Shown here: positions 27,575 through 38,593 of the stretch, piece by piece
How the letters are laid out: the number at the start of each line of letters is the position of its first letter
Position numbering within the stretch: the first letter of the stretch is position 1
From: Hyphomicrobium sp.
GTDB taxonomy: Bacteria > Pseudomonadota > Alphaproteobacteria > Rhizobiales > Hyphomicrobiaceae
Direction of reading: 5' to 3'
NCBI GenBank assembly: GCA_036560245.1
Contig: DATBRP010000288.1
Location: 1 to 42,767 of the forward strand
DNA: 42,767 nucleotides
Program-made: the position numbers and the translations under genes
Notes under the pieces: generated by a model
What the model was told of the DNA's origin: nothing
Database searches by the model: none
The model's input: only the letters and a program-made list of their open reading frames with translations

Positions 27575-28189
27575 GTGGCTTTTCTTCGCACAACGCGTCC
27601 GGAAGAAGACTTCGAGGTCATCCGTGGCCGCAACGTGATGCTGCGCCAGCCCACTCCGGCGGACTACGCCGCTTGGGCCGAGCTGAGGGCGTTGAGCCGC
27701 GCCCACCTGACGCCGTGGGAACCGACATGGGCGCCTGACGATCTCTCGCGCAACATGTATCGCCGCCGCCTGCGCGCCTACGCCAAGGATGTTCGCGACG
27801 ACACCTCCTATCCATATTTCATTTTTGAGGGCTCTGCTGGCATTCTTGTCGGCGGAATAACGTTGTCGAATGTGCGCCGCGGTTCGGCGCAGACAGCATC
27901 CCTTGGCTATTGGATGGGCGCCCCCCACGCTGGGCTCGGTTACATGCGCGACGCGGTCGCGACGTTGCTTCCAGTCGCGTTCGGAGGCATGAGGCTGCAC
28001 CGGATCGAAGCTGCGACGATGCTCAACAACGCGGCCTCCATTCGCGTACTCGAATTGTCCAGCTTTGAGCGCGAAGGGCTCGCGCGCGCCTACCTCAAGA
28101 TCAATGGACGGTGGGAAGATCACTTGCTCTACGCCCGCGTTGCGGGTCCGCCGGCATCTGCGGCGCCACGCCAGGGCGGAGGGGCCTGA
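27575..28189 (+). CDS. RimJ/RimL-family GNAT acetyltransferase
   Basis: GTG start after GAGG. Motifs SRAHLTPWEP, GGITLSNVRRGSAQTASLGYW, LHRIEAA and YLKINGRWEDH. Confidence 0.92.
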   Translation: MAFLRTTRPEEDFEVIRGRNVMLRQPTPADYAAWAELRALSRAHLTPWEPTWAPDDLSRNMYRRRLRAYAKDVRDDTSYPYFIFEGSAGILVGGITLSNVRRGSAQTASLGYWMGAPHAGLGYMRDAVATLLPVAFGGMRLHRIEAATMLNNAASIRVLELSSFEREGLARAYLKINGRWEDHLLYARVAGPPASAAPRQGGGA

Positions 28190-31100
28190 TGCTAAGAGGG
28201 GGGAAAGGCAAAGCAGAGCGAAGGGCGTCGTGGTTGGCGGCTTTTGTCGTTGCGGTCTTTTCGGTTTTGGGCCTTGCCGGCCGCGCTGAAGCGTTGACGC
28301 CGATCCCCGTCCAAGGCGACCAGGATCGTATCGAGATCACAAATCTCGGCGAGGCCTACGAAGGCCGTGGCGACAGTCTGCAGGTCGAAACGGCAGCCGG
28401 GCAGGATGGCGTCTCGGGTCGTATGACGGTGAGAGCTTCGGTCCCCGGCACCAGTCCGAACTGGATGGTGTTCGCGCTGACGAACAAGACGGACAAGTCG
28501 CTCGAACGGCTGCTGACCGCCGATCGCTATACGATTGTTGGATCGGGCACGGTATGGCCCGATCTCGACGCCCGGCGTATCGAAAGCGTTACGCCTTCGG
28601 TTGGCTTCGTTCCCGAACGTATAAAAAACGATAGGGCGGACGTGTTCCGCATTACCCTCGAGCCTGGGCAGACGATCACCTACGTCGCCGAACTTGCCGG
28701 AGAACACTTCTCGCGCCTCTACCTCTGGCGGCCGATCGATTACGAAATAAAAACACGCGATCGCCAGCTGTTCAACGGCGCCATGCTTGGGCTAACCGGC
28801 TTGCTCGCGATCTTTTTGACCGCGATCTTTGCTGCCAATCACAAGCTGATTTTCCCCGCCGCCGCGCTCGTTTCATGGACGGTGCTGAGTTATCTCTGCG
28901 TCGACTTCGGCTTCTTTCACAAGCTGTTCAACCTGAGACCCGAGGATAATGCGGTTTACCGCGCCGCGGGGGAAGCCGCGATGGCCTCGAGCTTCGTGAT
29001 CTTTCTATCGACGTTCCTTCGCCTCGGGCTTTGGCACGGCATCGTGCGCATGATGATCGGCGTCTGGATGGTGGCGCAACTGACGCTCATCGCCGTTGCC
29101 GTCATCGATCCTCGTCTAGCGGCGACGTTCGCGCGTCTGTCGTTCCTCGCGATAGGCGGTGTCGGCGGATTATTCACGGTATTCCTCGCATTCAAAGGCC
29201 AGGACCGAGCGCTATCGCTGGTGCCGACATGGCTGCTGCTGCTCGTCTGGATATTCGCGACAGGTATGACGCTCAGTGGCCGTATGTCGGGTGACATCGT
29301 TGTTTCGAGCCTCATTGCGGGTCTCGTGCTGGTTGTCCTGCTGATGGGCTTCACCGTCACTCAGTTTGCTTTCAGATCGGCCGATTCCGCCTACGCGGGA
29401 GCGCCGACTGAATTGCAGGGGCGGTCGCTCGCTCTCGCCGCGTCCGGCTCTACGGTTTGGGAATGGAATATCCGCCGGGACGAGATCAAAGTCGGTCCCG
29501 AAGTTGAAATTGCCCTATCGCTGATGCCCGGCGAGCTGTCGACGAAGGTCGATGATTTCCTCAGGCATGTGCATCCGACGGACAAGGAACGCTTCCGCGT
29601 CATGTTGATGTCGGCACAGGAACGCTCCGGCGTCAGGATCAGGACGGACTTCCGCCTTCGCCATTCCGACAACAGTTGGCGCTGGTTTGAACTCGAAGCC
29701 GCAAGCGTGCCCAACGCCGATGGGCGCACGCTGCGTTGCGTTGGTCTCCTGCGCGATGTTTCCGATATGAAGCGCGCCCACGAACGTCTTCTGCACGACG
29801 CCGTGCATTGCAGCCTGACGGGACTTCCCAATCGCGAGCTTTTGCTTGATCGATTGAAGTGCGTGATCGCGCGGGCAAAGACCGAAAATGGCATCAAGCC
29901 TGCGATCGTTTTCGTCGACCTCGACAAGTTCAAGAGCGTCAACTCTTCGTTTGGACTGGTGCGCGGCGACAGCCTCCTGCTAACCGTGGCGCGTCGTCTG
30001 CAACGCCACTTGGGCCCTCACGACACGGCGGCAAGAGTCGGCGGCGATCAATTCGCTATGCTTTTCATCGGCGAGCGCGAGGCCCGCAACCTGCCGGCGC
30101 TCGCGGAGCGCGTGCGTCGCTCGCTCAGGGCACCGATCCCACTGGCCAACCAGGAAGTGGTCCTGACCGGCTCGATGGGCGTTGCCGTGTGGGACGAGAC
30201 GCAAACCGCGGACGGCGATCTGTTGAAGGACGCCGAGCTCGCGATGTACCGGGCCAAGCAAAGCGGTTCCGATCGTATCGAAGTTTTCGACCCAAGCATG
30301 CGCCGCGATCGCGAGTCTCAGGTTGATGCCGAACTCGGCAAGGCGATCGAGAAAGGGCAGATCAAAGTCCTTTATCAACCGATCGTCTATCTGCCGACGA
30401 AAGAACTCGCGGGTTTCGAGGCTCAGGCACGGTGGGAGCATCCGAAACTCGGGCTAGTAAATCCGGTTTCGCTCATTGAAGCGGCAAAAGAGCCGGAAGC
30501 TATGGTCAAGCTCAGCTGCTTCGTCCTGCTGCGAGCAGCGAAGGACGCCGCCCGCTGGCTGACCGAGCTGCCGCGCGCCGAAAGACCCCTCTTTGTGACA
30601 GTGAACATTTCCTGCCAGCACGTCCTAAAGCCTGAGGCGGTTCAGGAAATTCGGCACATATTGGGACGTAATACCGTCCCGGCCGGCACATTGCGACTCG
30701 AAATCGCCGAAGATCTGGTCATGGACAACCCGGAACAGGCGGCCGAAGTATTGAAGGTTCTCCACGGCTCGGGGGCGGAACTCACACTCGACGATTTCGG
30801 TACCGGTTATTCCTCGCTCGCATATCTCAACCGGTTTCCCTTCGATACGATAAAGGTCAGCCGCGAATTGGTTCGCGGCAGTGGCACTGCAAGCGGCGCT
30901 GCAATCATGCGCTCCATGGTGGCACTCGCGCATGAGCTTTCGAAAACAGTCGTTGCCGAAGGCGTGGAACGGGCGGACGAGGCGACATTCCTGAGGTCGA
31001 TCGGTTGTGAGTACGCTCAGGGCTATCACTTCGGCGAGCCGATACCGGAGCGTGCCGTGTCCCAGCTGCTGAAGATGGTGCGGCGCTCGGAAAGCAAAAT

Positions 31101-31881
31101 GCAACCGCGCGGCTTCTTCCGGCCCAAGGCGAAGAGCGTAGCGAAGCGGGTCGCGGCTAAAGCGTCTCGTGCCGTGACCGGGCCGGCAAAAGCGGCAGCC
31201 GGTGAACAGAAGGCCGGCACCGCTGTGTCGGGTGCCCTATCGAAGATAGCCGCTCTGCCAGTCGGATCCATCGTGCGTCAGCGTCAGAAGACCACCGACG
31301 GCAAGGTTGCTGCCAACGCTCCGGTCAAGACCGCGATGGCTTCGGGCATCGCACCACCAAGGAAGCCGGCCGACGCTCTGCGCGATGCTGTCACGGGGGG
31401 TGGCCCCCCCAAGTCTCCTCCGGTCATCATGCCCGCGCTGCCCGCCGAGCTACTGCAGAATATTGAAATGAATTCGGCTCCCGCTGCGCAAGGGCTGCGA
31501 CCGTCGCTCAACGGCCATGCGGCTCCCCCGGCATCTCGACCGAGGCCGGCTCCCGAGCGAATGGCCGATGGCCAGAGACCGAATATCATCGCGCCGCTTT
31601 CGGAAGCTCTGAACCGTGCTGCCAACACGGACGTGACGACTGGGCGTCCGGCGTCTCCGCGATTTCAACAGCGCAACGACGTGCCGTTTCCGCCTGCGGT
31701 AAGCGAGCCTCCGCCTGTGCCCGGCGGGGCATCATCGCCATCGGCGACACAACCCGACTTCTCGACTTTGCCGCCATCCATCGCCAAGAGCCTTGCGCGC
31801 CTCGCTGGTGAAACCTCTGCGGCCAACGCCGGCAGCGGTGATGCACCGAAAGCCGAACCGAAGATCGCTTCCAAGGGGTGA
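28189..31881 (+). CDS. 7TM-sensor PAS-GGDEF-EAL c-di-GMP protein, RgsP-like, with long Pro/Ala-rich tail
   Basis: Signal peptide, periplasmic domain, 7 TMs, PAS (HVHPTDKERF..FRLRH), GGDEF domain (LTGLPNR, GGDQF) and EAL domain (GFEAQARW, DDFGTGYSS, EGVE, QGY). The thrC-M16-rimJ-[gene]-yqgE synteny matches S. meliloti rgsP as I recall it. TGATG coupling with the GNAT gene. Confidence 0.88.
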   Translation: MLRGGKGKAERRASWLAAFVVAVFSVLGLAGRAEALTPIPVQGDQDRIEITNLGEAYEGRGDSLQVETAAGQDGVSGRMTVRASVPGTSPNWMVFALTNKTDKSLERLLTADRYTIVGSGTVWPDLDARRIESVTPSVGFVPERIKNDRADVFRITLEPGQTITYVAELAGEHFSRLYLWRPIDYEIKTRDRQLFNGAMLGLTGLLAIFLTAIFAANHKLIFPAAALVSWTVLSYLCVDFGFFHKLFNLRPEDNAVYRAAGEAAMASSFVIFLSTFLRLGLWHGIVRMMIGVWMVAQLTLIAVAVIDPRLAATFARLSFLAIGGVGGLFTVFLAFKGQDRALSLVPTWLLLLVWIFATGMTLSGRMSGDIVVSSLIAGLVLVVLLMGFTVTQFAFRSADSAYAGAPTELQGRSLALAASGSTVWEWNIRRDEIKVGPEVEIALSLMPGELSTKVDDFLRHVHPTDKERFRVMLMSAQERSGVRIRTDFRLRHSDNSWRWFELEAASVPNADGRTLRCVGLLRDVSDMKRAHERLLHDAVHCSLTGLPNRELLLDRLKCVIARAKTENGIKPAIVFVDLDKFKSVNSSFGLVRGDSLLLTVARRLQRHLGPHDTAARVGGDQFAMLFIGEREARNLPALAERVRRSLRAPIPLANQEVVLTGSMGVAVWDETQTADGDLLKDAELAMYRAKQSGSDRIEVFDPSMRRDRESQVDAELGKAIEKGQIKVLYQPIVYLPTKELAGFEAQARWEHPKLGLVNPVSLIEAAKEPEAMVKLSCFVLLRAAKDAARWLTELPRAERPLFVTVNISCQHVLKPEAVQEIRHILGRNTVPAGTLRLEIAEDLVMDNPEQAAEVLKVLHGSGAELTLDDFGTGYSSLAYLNRFPFDTIKVSRELVRGSGTASGAAIMRSMVALAHELSKTVVAEGVERADEATFLRSIGCEYAQGYHFGEPIPERAVSQLLKMVRRSESKMQPRGFFRPKAKSVAKRVAAKASRAVTGPAKAAAGEQKAGTAVSGALSKIAALPVGSIVRQRQKTTDGKVAANAPVKTAMASGIAPPRKPADALRDAVTGGGPPKSPPVIMPALPAELLQNIEMNSAPAAQGLRPSLNGHAAPPASRPRPAPERMADGQRPNIIAPLSEALNRAANTDVTTGRPASPRFQQRNDVPFPPAVSEPPPVPGGASSPSATQPDFSTLPPSIAKSLARLAGETSAANAGSGDAPKAEPKIASKG

Positions 31882-31921
31882 TCCTGCGTGAGATTGCTTT
31901 GGGCGCAAAGGGCTGCGGCGC

Positions 31922-32539
31922 TCAGGCGTGCCCAGCATCGTTGACGAGATGCGAAAGATCGATACCGATCTTGGCGAGTGCGCGCGAATATTTGGTCTCG
32001 AGATCTTCGTCAAAGATCAGATCGGGATCGGCCGGACAATGCAGCCAGCCATTGGCCTGGATTTCGGTCTCAAGCTGGCCCGGCGACCACCCAGCATAGC
32101 CCAGTGCCAGCAGCGCTCGCGCCGGACCACGGCCTTGGGCAATCGCTTTCAAAATATCGATCGTCGCCGTGAGACAAATATCCTGCTCGATCGCGAGCGT
32201 CGAATCCTCGGAAAAATAATCGGAGCTGTGAAGCACGAAACCACGCCCGGTTTCGACGGGCCCGCCGACCTGTATGGAGAGCGACAAAACTTCGCTCGTA
32301 ATATCGTCGTCGGGATTGCGCGCCGAGATACCGAGCCGTTCGAGGAGATCGGGAGCCGTGATGTGGTTGGCGCGCTGATTTATGATGAGTCCCATGGCGC
32401 CTTCAGATGAATGAGCGCACACGTAAATGACCGAGCGCTGGAACCTGCGATCGGACATGGCCGGCATGGCGATGAGCAGCTGCCCCTCAAATTTGATATG
32501 AGAGCTGCCCGAGCGGCTCCTCTGTCGAACTGACTTCAT
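31922..32539 (-). CDS. YqgE/AlgH family protein
   Basis: [44 protein letters not shown] and [21 protein letters not shown]. Confidence 0.95.
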   Translation of the reverse strand: MKSVRQRSRSGSSHIKFEGQLLIAMPAMSDRRFQRSVIYVCAHSSEGAMGLIINQRANHITAPDLLERLGISARNPDDDITSEVLSLSIQVGGPVETGRGFVLHSSDYFSEDSTLAIEQDICLTATIDILKAIAQGRGPARALLALGYAGWSPGQLETEIQANGWLHCPADPDLIFDEDLETKYSRALAKIGIDLSHLVNDAGHA

Positions 32540-32712
32540 GGAGCGAAGACTAATCCGATAGAATGGCGACGTGAAGATGCTTGGAAGCGTGCGAAAAGAC
32601 GCCGCTGTAACAAGAGATGCCTTTAGGCCTAATATACTCGGAACTGCCAGCTAAATGCCGGTCGTTCGGAGGCATGGAACCCGTAAAGCTTAAAGCGCAA
32701 GAGGTGTGAACC

Positions 32713-33540
32713 GTGAAGAAATTGGCTCTGGCGCTTTTGGCACTGAGCGCGACTGCGGCATGGGGCGATACGGTCACACCCGTCTCATCGGATTGGATTC
32801 AAGGCTTCGACAACAAGGCGCGGTTGGTTGCGGGACATGCGGTGCGCGACGGTGCGCGTGGTCTTTATGCTGGCGTCGAAGTCGCGATGCCCGAAGGCTG
32901 GAAGACTTACTGGCGCGCGCCCGGCGATGCTGGTGGCGTCCCGCCAGACTTCGATTGGCAAGGATCGGAAAATTTGGCCTCAGCGCTAATCCTATATCCG
33001 GCACCGCATCGGCTGCACGATAAAGCCGGCGATGCCGTAGGCTACAAGAATGGCGTGCTGTTTCCGGTCCTCCTGGCACCTAAGGATCCGGCAAAGCCCA
33101 TCGTGCTTCACGGCAAGGTGGACTATGGCGTGTGCAAGGACATCTGCGTTCCTGCCGAAGCTGAGTTTCAAATTGTCGTCCCGCCCGACATCGGGCCGTC
33201 GAGTGCGCTTACGGACGCGTTGACGCAGGTTCCGCGTGATCAGGCACGCGCCGGTATCGATCCCTCGCTTTCAGCCTGGCACCTCGATCAGGCAGCCGGC
33301 AAACCGAAGCTCATTTTAAATGTGGCGACAGCATCGCCGAGCAGCGTCGACGCATTCGTCGTCGCGCCTGGCGGCGTTTATGTGACACTGCCCAAGCGCG
33401 TCGCCGACTCTCGCGGCAAGGCCGTCTTCGAGGTCGATTTGACCGATGGCGTTGACATCAAAGACCTCAAAGGTAAGCCGCTGATGGTTACGATGATCGA
33501 CAGTAAGGGTCAGTCCGAAACGACGATTACCCTTGAGTAG
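32713..33540 (+). CDS. DsbD N-terminal-like domain exported protein
   Basis: GAGG RBS with GTG start, signal peptide, GWKTYWRAPGDAGGVPP and YGVCKDICVP. Confidence 0.88.
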   Translation: MKKLALALLALSATAAWGDTVTPVSSDWIQGFDNKARLVAGHAVRDGARGLYAGVEVAMPEGWKTYWRAPGDAGGVPPDFDWQGSENLASALILYPAPHRLHDKAGDAVGYKNGVLFPVLLAPKDPAKPIVLHGKVDYGVCKDICVPAEAEFQIVVPPDIGPSSALTDALTQVPRDQARAGIDPSLSAWHLDQAAGKPKLILNVATASPSSVDAFVVAPGGVYVTLPKRVADSRGKAVFEVDLTDGVDIKDLKGKPLMVTMIDSKGQSETTITLE

Positions 33541-33593
33541 AGACCGGCCCTCGCTAAATTTGGCCACCACAATTCAGGAGCATCAGAAAAGCC

Positions 33594-34091
33594 ATGACCA
33601 TCAAGGTCGGTGACAAGCTGCCGAACGTCAAGTTCACCGTGATGGGCGCCGACGGACCCACGGCTAAGACCGTCAGCGAAGTATTCGCGGGCAAGAAAGT
33701 CGCGTTTTTCGCCGTTCCTGGCGCCTATACGCCGACATGTACCAAGAATCACATGCCGGGTTTCGTCGGCCGCGTTGACGAGTTCAAGGCCAAGGGCATC
33801 GACGCAATCGCCTGCACGGCAGTGAACGACGTCTTCGTGCTGACGAACTGGGCGAAGGATACGGGCGCTGTCGGCAAGATCGAGATGCTGGCCGATGGTT
33901 CAGGTGATTTTGCCAAAGCCGTTGGCCTCGACGTCGACCTTTCAAATTTCGGCCTTGGGCTGCGTTCGAAACGCTATGCGATGCTCGTAGACGATGGCGT
34001 CGTCAAAATTCTCAATGTTGAGGACAGCCCGCCGGTCGCCGAAAAATCGAGCGCGGCGAATCTCTGCTCGATGATCGACTGCTCACTTTAG
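33594..34091 (+). CDS. peroxiredoxin (Prx5 / Redoxin family)
   Basis: VPGAYTPTC peroxidatic motif, VNDVFV, LADGSG and [14 protein letters not shown]. Confidence 0.95.
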   Translation: MTIKVGDKLPNVKFTVMGADGPTAKTVSEVFAGKKVAFFAVPGAYTPTCTKNHMPGFVGRVDEFKAKGIDAIACTAVNDVFVLTNWAKDTGAVGKIEMLADGSGDFAKAVGLDVDLSNFGLGLRSKRYAMLVDDGVVKILNVEDSPPVAEKSSAANLCSMIDCSL

Positions 34092-34568
34092 ATTTTTAAC
34101 GGGATTAGCGGGGAACGGCGCCAACTTAAAGGGTGCCATGGCGAGGCGCGCCAGTTCGTCGGCGCGCTCGTTCTCCGGATGCCCGGCGTGGCCCTTCAGC
34201 CAATGCCACGCGACCTGATGTTTGTTGCGGAGAGCATCAAGCTGCTGCCAAAGCTCGGCGTTCTTCACTGGCTTCTTGTCTGCCGTCCGCCAACCGTTTT
34301 TTTTCCAGCCGTGAATCCAACCCGTGATGCCGTTCTTGACGTAGGCGCTGTCGGTATAGAGTTCGACGTCGCTGCGTTTCTTCAAGGCTTCAAGCGCCGA
34401 GATCGCCGCCAACAACTCCATACGGTTGTTGGTCGTTAGAACCTCACCACCGCTGATCTCTTTGCGATGATCGCCCGATATCAACACGGCGCCCCAACCG
34501 CCGGGGCCTGGATTTCCCGAGCATGCGCCATCGCTGTAGACCAAAATTTTTGGTGATTCAGTGCTCAT
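34083..34568 (-). CDS. rnhA: ribonuclease HI
   Basis: [36 protein letters not shown] and [16 protein letters not shown]. Confidence 0.98.
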   Translation of the reverse strand: MSTESPKILVYSDGACSGNPGPGGWGAVLISGDHRKEISGGEVLTTNNRMELLAAISALEALKKRSDVELYTDSAYVKNGITGWIHGWKKNGWRTADKKPVKNAELWQQLDALRNKHQVAWHWLKGHAGHPENERADELARLAMAPFKLAPFPANPVKNLK

Positions 34569-35536
34569 CGCGCCGGTTCATAGCCATAATCGCCGATCGA
34601 CGCGACCGACTGATGGAAGCGCAGTCGCCGTACGTAATCGAATGGGTCCTTGCGCGCAACGAGCGCGTCCTTGGGCGTATTCAGCCAATCATAGCTGCGG
34701 GTCAAGAGGAAGCGCATCGCCGCGCCACGCGCCAGAATGGGCATGGCATCGCGCTCTGCTGCGCTCATGGGGCGAACGCTGTCGTAGCCCTTGAGCAGCG
34801 CACGGCCCTTGGTCGCGTTAAAGTGGAAGTTCGGCTCGAAGCACCAGGCATTGAGCGACACGGCGATGTCGTAGGTCAGCGCATCGTTGCACGCGAAATA
34901 GAAGTCGATCAGGCCCGACAACTTGTCGCCGATGAAGAAGACATTGTCCGGAAATAGATCCGCATGAATGACCCCCTGCGGCAGATTTTTCGGCCACGAG
35001 GCTTCGAGAAAATCGAGTTCCGTCGCGATGAGCTGTTTCAGCCCGGGCAAGATTTCTTCGCTTCGCTGCGCAAACTTATCGAACAGCGGCCGCCAACCTT
35101 GAAGCCCAAGGGCGTTGGCGCGGTGAAGCGGAAAGCCTTCTCCCGCGATATGCATGTGCGCGAGCGCTTTGCCGAGTTCGAAGCAATGTTCGACTTTCGG
35201 GCGCCTTGGCCACATCCCTTCGAGGAATGTGACGAGCGCCGCATGCCGGCCGCCAAGCTCGTTCAGGATGCGGCCGTGGGAGTCGCGTACCGGTAGGGGA
35301 CAAGTGACGCCGCGCGCCGAAAGATGCTCCATCAATCCGAGAAAGAACGGCAGATCTTTCGGGTCTACCCGCTTCTCGTAAATCGTCAGGATGAAGGCGC
35401 CGGTCGTCGTGTGCAGTTGATAGTTGGTGTTCTCGACACCTTCGGCAATGCCCTTGCACGACAGCAAATTGCCCAATCCGTAGGGGGCAATGAAGTGCGC
35501 AAGCTCCTCATCGTTGACTTCGGTGTAGACCGCCAT
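34565..35536 (-). CDS. thrB: homoserine kinase (type II, APH-like)
   Basis: [35 protein letters not shown] and RFLLTR. Confidence 0.96.
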   Translation of the reverse strand: MAVYTEVNDEELAHFIAPYGLGNLLSCKGIAEGVENTNYQLHTTTGAFILTIYEKRVDPKDLPFFLGLMEHLSARGVTCPLPVRDSHGRILNELGGRHAALVTFLEGMWPRRPKVEHCFELGKALAHMHIAGEGFPLHRANALGLQGWRPLFDKFAQRSEEILPGLKQLIATELDFLEASWPKNLPQGVIHADLFPDNVFFIGDKLSGLIDFYFACNDALTYDIAVSLNAWCFEPNFHFNATKGRALLKGYDSVRPMSAAERDAMPILARGAAMRFLLTRSYDWLNTPKDALVARKDPFDYVRRLRFHQSVASIGDYGYEPAR

Positions 35537-35560
35537 GTCGTCTCCGCGCCGAATGGGGCC

Positions 35561-36562
35561 TTAGTGCTGCTCGGCCGGGGTACGCGCCAACCTGACCTCA
35601 CGCGGCACGTTGAAGATCACGCGCTCTTCGAGTGTCGTTACGACGTCTATGGTCACGTCATAGCGTTCGCGGAAAGCTTCGACCACTTCTTCGACGATCA
35701 CTTCCGGCGCCGAAGCTCCAGCAGTTATTCCGACGACGGTTGCGCCTTCTAGCTTCGACCAGGGGATGTTCTCCGCGCGTTCGACGAGGAAAGAGAACTT
35801 GCATCCAGCTCGCTCGGCAACTTCAACGAGGCGCAACGAATTCGAACTCTTTGGGCCGCCGACGACGATTAGACCGTCGATTTGCGGCGCAATCGCCTTA
35901 ACCGCGTTCTGGCGATTGGTCGTCGCGTAACAGATATCTTCCTTCACTGGGCCGCCGATTCCCGGAAATCGTTCCTTGAGGACCGCCACGATTTCCGCGG
36001 TGTCGTCGAGCGACAGGGTAGTCTGCGTCACGTAAGCAAGCTTGGACGAATCACGCGGGACAAACGCGCGGGCATCGTCGGCCGATTCGACCAAATGGAT
36101 TGCGCCCGTCGGAAGCTGGCCGAGCGTGCCGACCACTTCGGGATGGCCCCGGTGTCCAACAAGGATGATTTCCCGGCCCTGCTCGTAGTGGCGGGCCGCC
36201 TCCATATGAACCTTCGAAACCAGGGGACAAGTCGCATCGACGACGAACATATTCCGCGTTTGTGCGGCCGCCGGGATGGCCTTGGCAACGCCGTGTGCTG
36301 AAAAGATCACGGGCTGGGTGGTATCCGGTATTTCATCCAGCTCCTTCACAAAAACGGCGCCTTTAGCTTTCAGGGAATCAACAACATAGCGGTTGTGTAC
36401 GATTTCATGACGGACGTAGACGGGAGCGCCGAATTTAGTCAAAGCCTGTTCTACGATCTGAATAGCGCGATCAACGCCGGCACAGAAACCGCGGGGCGCA
36501 GCGAGCAGGATCTTGAGCGGTGGCTTGGGCACGGTCACTTTCAATAGGTTAAGGCCGGACAT
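35561..36562 (-). CDS. ispH: 4-hydroxy-3-methylbut-2-enyl diphosphate reductase
   Basis: [44 protein letters not shown] and TAGASAPE. Confidence 0.97.
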   Translation of the reverse strand: MSGLNLLKVTVPKPPLKILLAAPRGFCAGVDRAIQIVEQALTKFGAPVYVRHEIVHNRYVVDSLKAKGAVFVKELDEIPDTTQPVIFSAHGVAKAIPAAAQTRNMFVVDATCPLVSKVHMEAARHYEQGREIILVGHRGHPEVVGTLGQLPTGAIHLVESADDARAFVPRDSSKLAYVTQTTLSLDDTAEIVAVLKERFPGIGGPVKEDICYATTNRQNAVKAIAPQIDGLIVVGGPKSSNSLRLVEVAERAGCKFSFLVERAENIPWSKLEGATVVGITAGASAPEVIVEEVVEAFRERYDVTIDVVTTLEERVIFNVPREVRLARTPAEQH

Positions 36563-36683
36563 GAAAGAACGACGTCCTTTATACCCATCCGTCGCATCTG
36601 AAAATGCGGTTGGATGCCGGCTGGGTCGGATGCTACGGTCCTTTTTTGACAATACAAGGGGCCGGGACTCGCAACCTCGGGGG

Positions 36684-37394
36684 ATGATGTTGCTCAATTC
36701 GGGTCATCGGCGTCCTTATCAAGGGGATGCGGGTGTAAAGCACGCTTATCGGGCGGCGCTGGGTCGCGCTCTTGCGTTCGCCACCGTCAGTCTTTCCGCG
36801 TCCGCGCTTGGGGGCTGTGGGATGTCGTCGCTGACGTCCGGCCTCGGCGGCGGCATGTTTGGCGGCGGCTCCTCGAGTTCCCAAGTCTCTACCGTTTCCG
36901 AGGCTCAGCTGCTCGACGCGGCAAAATCGTCAGATCCAAATGCGACGGGCAGCACCGCCGTCGGAGAAATCGAAGCTGGCTGCCCGCGTTTGCGGATCGC
37001 GCCACACGACAGTTACATCACATTCTACGAACAGGGCCACGTCGGTGACGCGATGGCGGTTACTCAACGTGGCGAGATCACCAAAACGGCGCGCGAATGC
37101 CAGGTCGAGCCGGGTAGGGTCGTCGTGAAATATGGCTTCTCGGGGCGTGTTCTGCTGGGACCGAAGGGACAAGCCGGTGGGCTGACGCTTCCGGTCATTG
37201 TGATCGTCACCGATTCGAAGCGCGAACGGGTCGCGACGGACACCGTGAAGGTTGATGTCAACGTCGGCATGGATAAGCCGATCAGCTATTTCTCGGCGGT
37301 GCACACCGTGACGTTCCCGGTAGCGGAAGGCTCACGGCCCGGCGAATTCGAACTCCTCATCGGCTTCGATAGCAAGGCTTCAGGCTCGGGCTGA
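36684..37394 (+). CDS. hypothetical lipoprotein
   Basis: Lipobox LGG|C, Gly/Ser linker, then CPRL...ITKTAREC...[13 protein letters not shown], typical of the lipoprotein divergent from ispH in Rhizobiales. Start uncertain. Confidence 0.8.
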   Translation: MMLLNSGHRRPYQGDAGVKHAYRAALGRALAFATVSLSASALGGCGMSSLTSGLGGGMFGGGSSSSQVSTVSEAQLLDAAKSSDPNATGSTAVGEIEAGCPRLRIAPHDSYITFYEQGHVGDAMAVTQRGEITKTARECQVEPGRVVVKYGFSGRVLLGPKGQAGGLTLPVIVIVTDSKRERVATDTVKVDVNVGMDKPISYFSAVHTVTFPVAEGSRPGEFELLIGFDSKASGSG

Positions 37395-37440
37395 TAAAGT
37401 TTGCGCTGTACCGCCGGCATCTGACGCGCGCCGACGATGG

Positions 37441-37481
37441 CAAAAACAAAAAAAGCCAGGCGCGAGCCTGGCTTTTGTTTT
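37441..37481. terminator. bidirectional intrinsic terminator
   Basis: AAAAGCCAGGC-GCGA-GCCTGGCTTTT with flanking A and T tracts, between the convergent lipoprotein gene and atpF. Confidence 0.85.
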
Positions 37482-37502
37482 CTAACTGAGAAGGCAACGC
37501 GC

Positions 37503-37994
37503 CTAGTTCAGCTTGCCCCTAAGATCGCTGATCGATTGTGAAATCAGCGCTTCTCCGACCGCGCCACCTGCACGCGTCTTCAAGAGTTCTTGAGCCGCAG
37601 TAACAGCCGTCTCGACCGCCGCCGCGCGAACTTCGCTCAACGCCTGCGTCTCAGCGCGTGCAATCTTTTCCTCGGCGATCTTCGAGCGCCGTTCCAGGCT
37701 TTCTACCAGTGCCCTACGTGAGTCGGCGGCCAGTGCCTCCGCCTCGCGCTTAGCTTGGTCGATGATCGTTTGAGCCTCGGTCTCCGCCTCGCGCGCCTTG
37801 CGTTGATAGTCAGCAAGGAGTGCCTGCGCGTCTTCACGGAGTTTGCGCGCTTCGTCGAGTTCCTTGCGGATGCCATCCGCCCGTTCGTCGAGCATTTTGG
37901 CAATCGCCGCAGGCACGCGGTAATAGAGCACGATAGCGACGAACGCCAGGAAGGCAACGAGAACCCAGAACAGCGGATTATTGGGATCCAACAT
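37503..37994 (-). CDS. atpF: ATP synthase Fo subunit b
   Basis: FWVLVAFLAF TM, then LDERADGIRKELDEARKLRE coiled coil and KIARAETQA. Confidence 0.93.
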   Translation of the reverse strand: MLDPNNPLFWVLVAFLAFVAIVLYYRVPAAIAKMLDERADGIRKELDEARKLREDAQALLADYQRKAREAETEAQTIIDQAKREAEALAADSRRALVESLERRSKIAEEKIARAETQALSEVRAAAVETAVTAAQELLKTRAGGAVGEALISQSISDLRGKLN

Positions 37995-38003
37995 GCTAAT
38001 TCC

Positions 38004-38564
38004 TCACTCGCCCGGCGCCGGTAGGAGCACCTTTTTGACCTCATCGGGCGAAACGTCCTGCCCGATAAGTTTTGCCACCACCGCACGCGCCGTATCTGTC
38101 GCAATTTCGCCGATTGCCGATACGGCTTTCGATTTCGTTGCCGAGATACGGGCCTCGGCGTCTTGCAGTTTCACGGCGATCTGCGCATCGACGCGCTGAC
38201 GTTCGGCATCCGTCTCGGAGGCGAGCTTCGCGCGCGTATCCTTGGCGATACCGGATGCGTTGGCACGCGCATCGGCCAAGGCCTTCTCGTAATCGGAAAG
38301 AGCCTTGTCGGTCTCTGCCTTGAGACGGCCCGCCGCGTCGAGGTCGCGCTTGATCCGATCGCGACGTTCTTCGATCACGTCGCCGACACGCGGCAACGCG
38401 ATCCTGCTCATAACGAACATCAACGCCACGAACGACACCACCAGCCAGAAAAGCTGTGGCGTGAAGTGATTCGGGTCGAGCTGCGGCAACCCCTCGGACT
38501 TGGAGGCTCCCTCGGCCGCTTCAGCAGCAACCGTGAACAGCATAGTCATGCCGGCAAACATCAT
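38004..38564 (-). CDS. atpF2: ATP synthase Fo subunit b'
   Basis: GLPQLD...QLFWL, ALPRVGDVIEERRDRIKRDL and coiled coil. Lies between atpE and atpF. Confidence 0.92.
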   Translation of the reverse strand: MMFAGMTMLFTVAAEAAEGASKSEGLPQLDPNHFTPQLFWLVVSFVALMFVMSRIALPRVGDVIEERRDRIKRDLDAAGRLKAETDKALSDYEKALADARANASGIAKDTRAKLASETDAERQRVDAQIAVKLQDAEARISATKSKAVSAIGEIATDTARAVVAKLIGQDVSPDEVKKVLLPAPGE

Positions 38565-38593
38565 TGCCTCCGGTTATAGAGCCGCGCCCAGTC

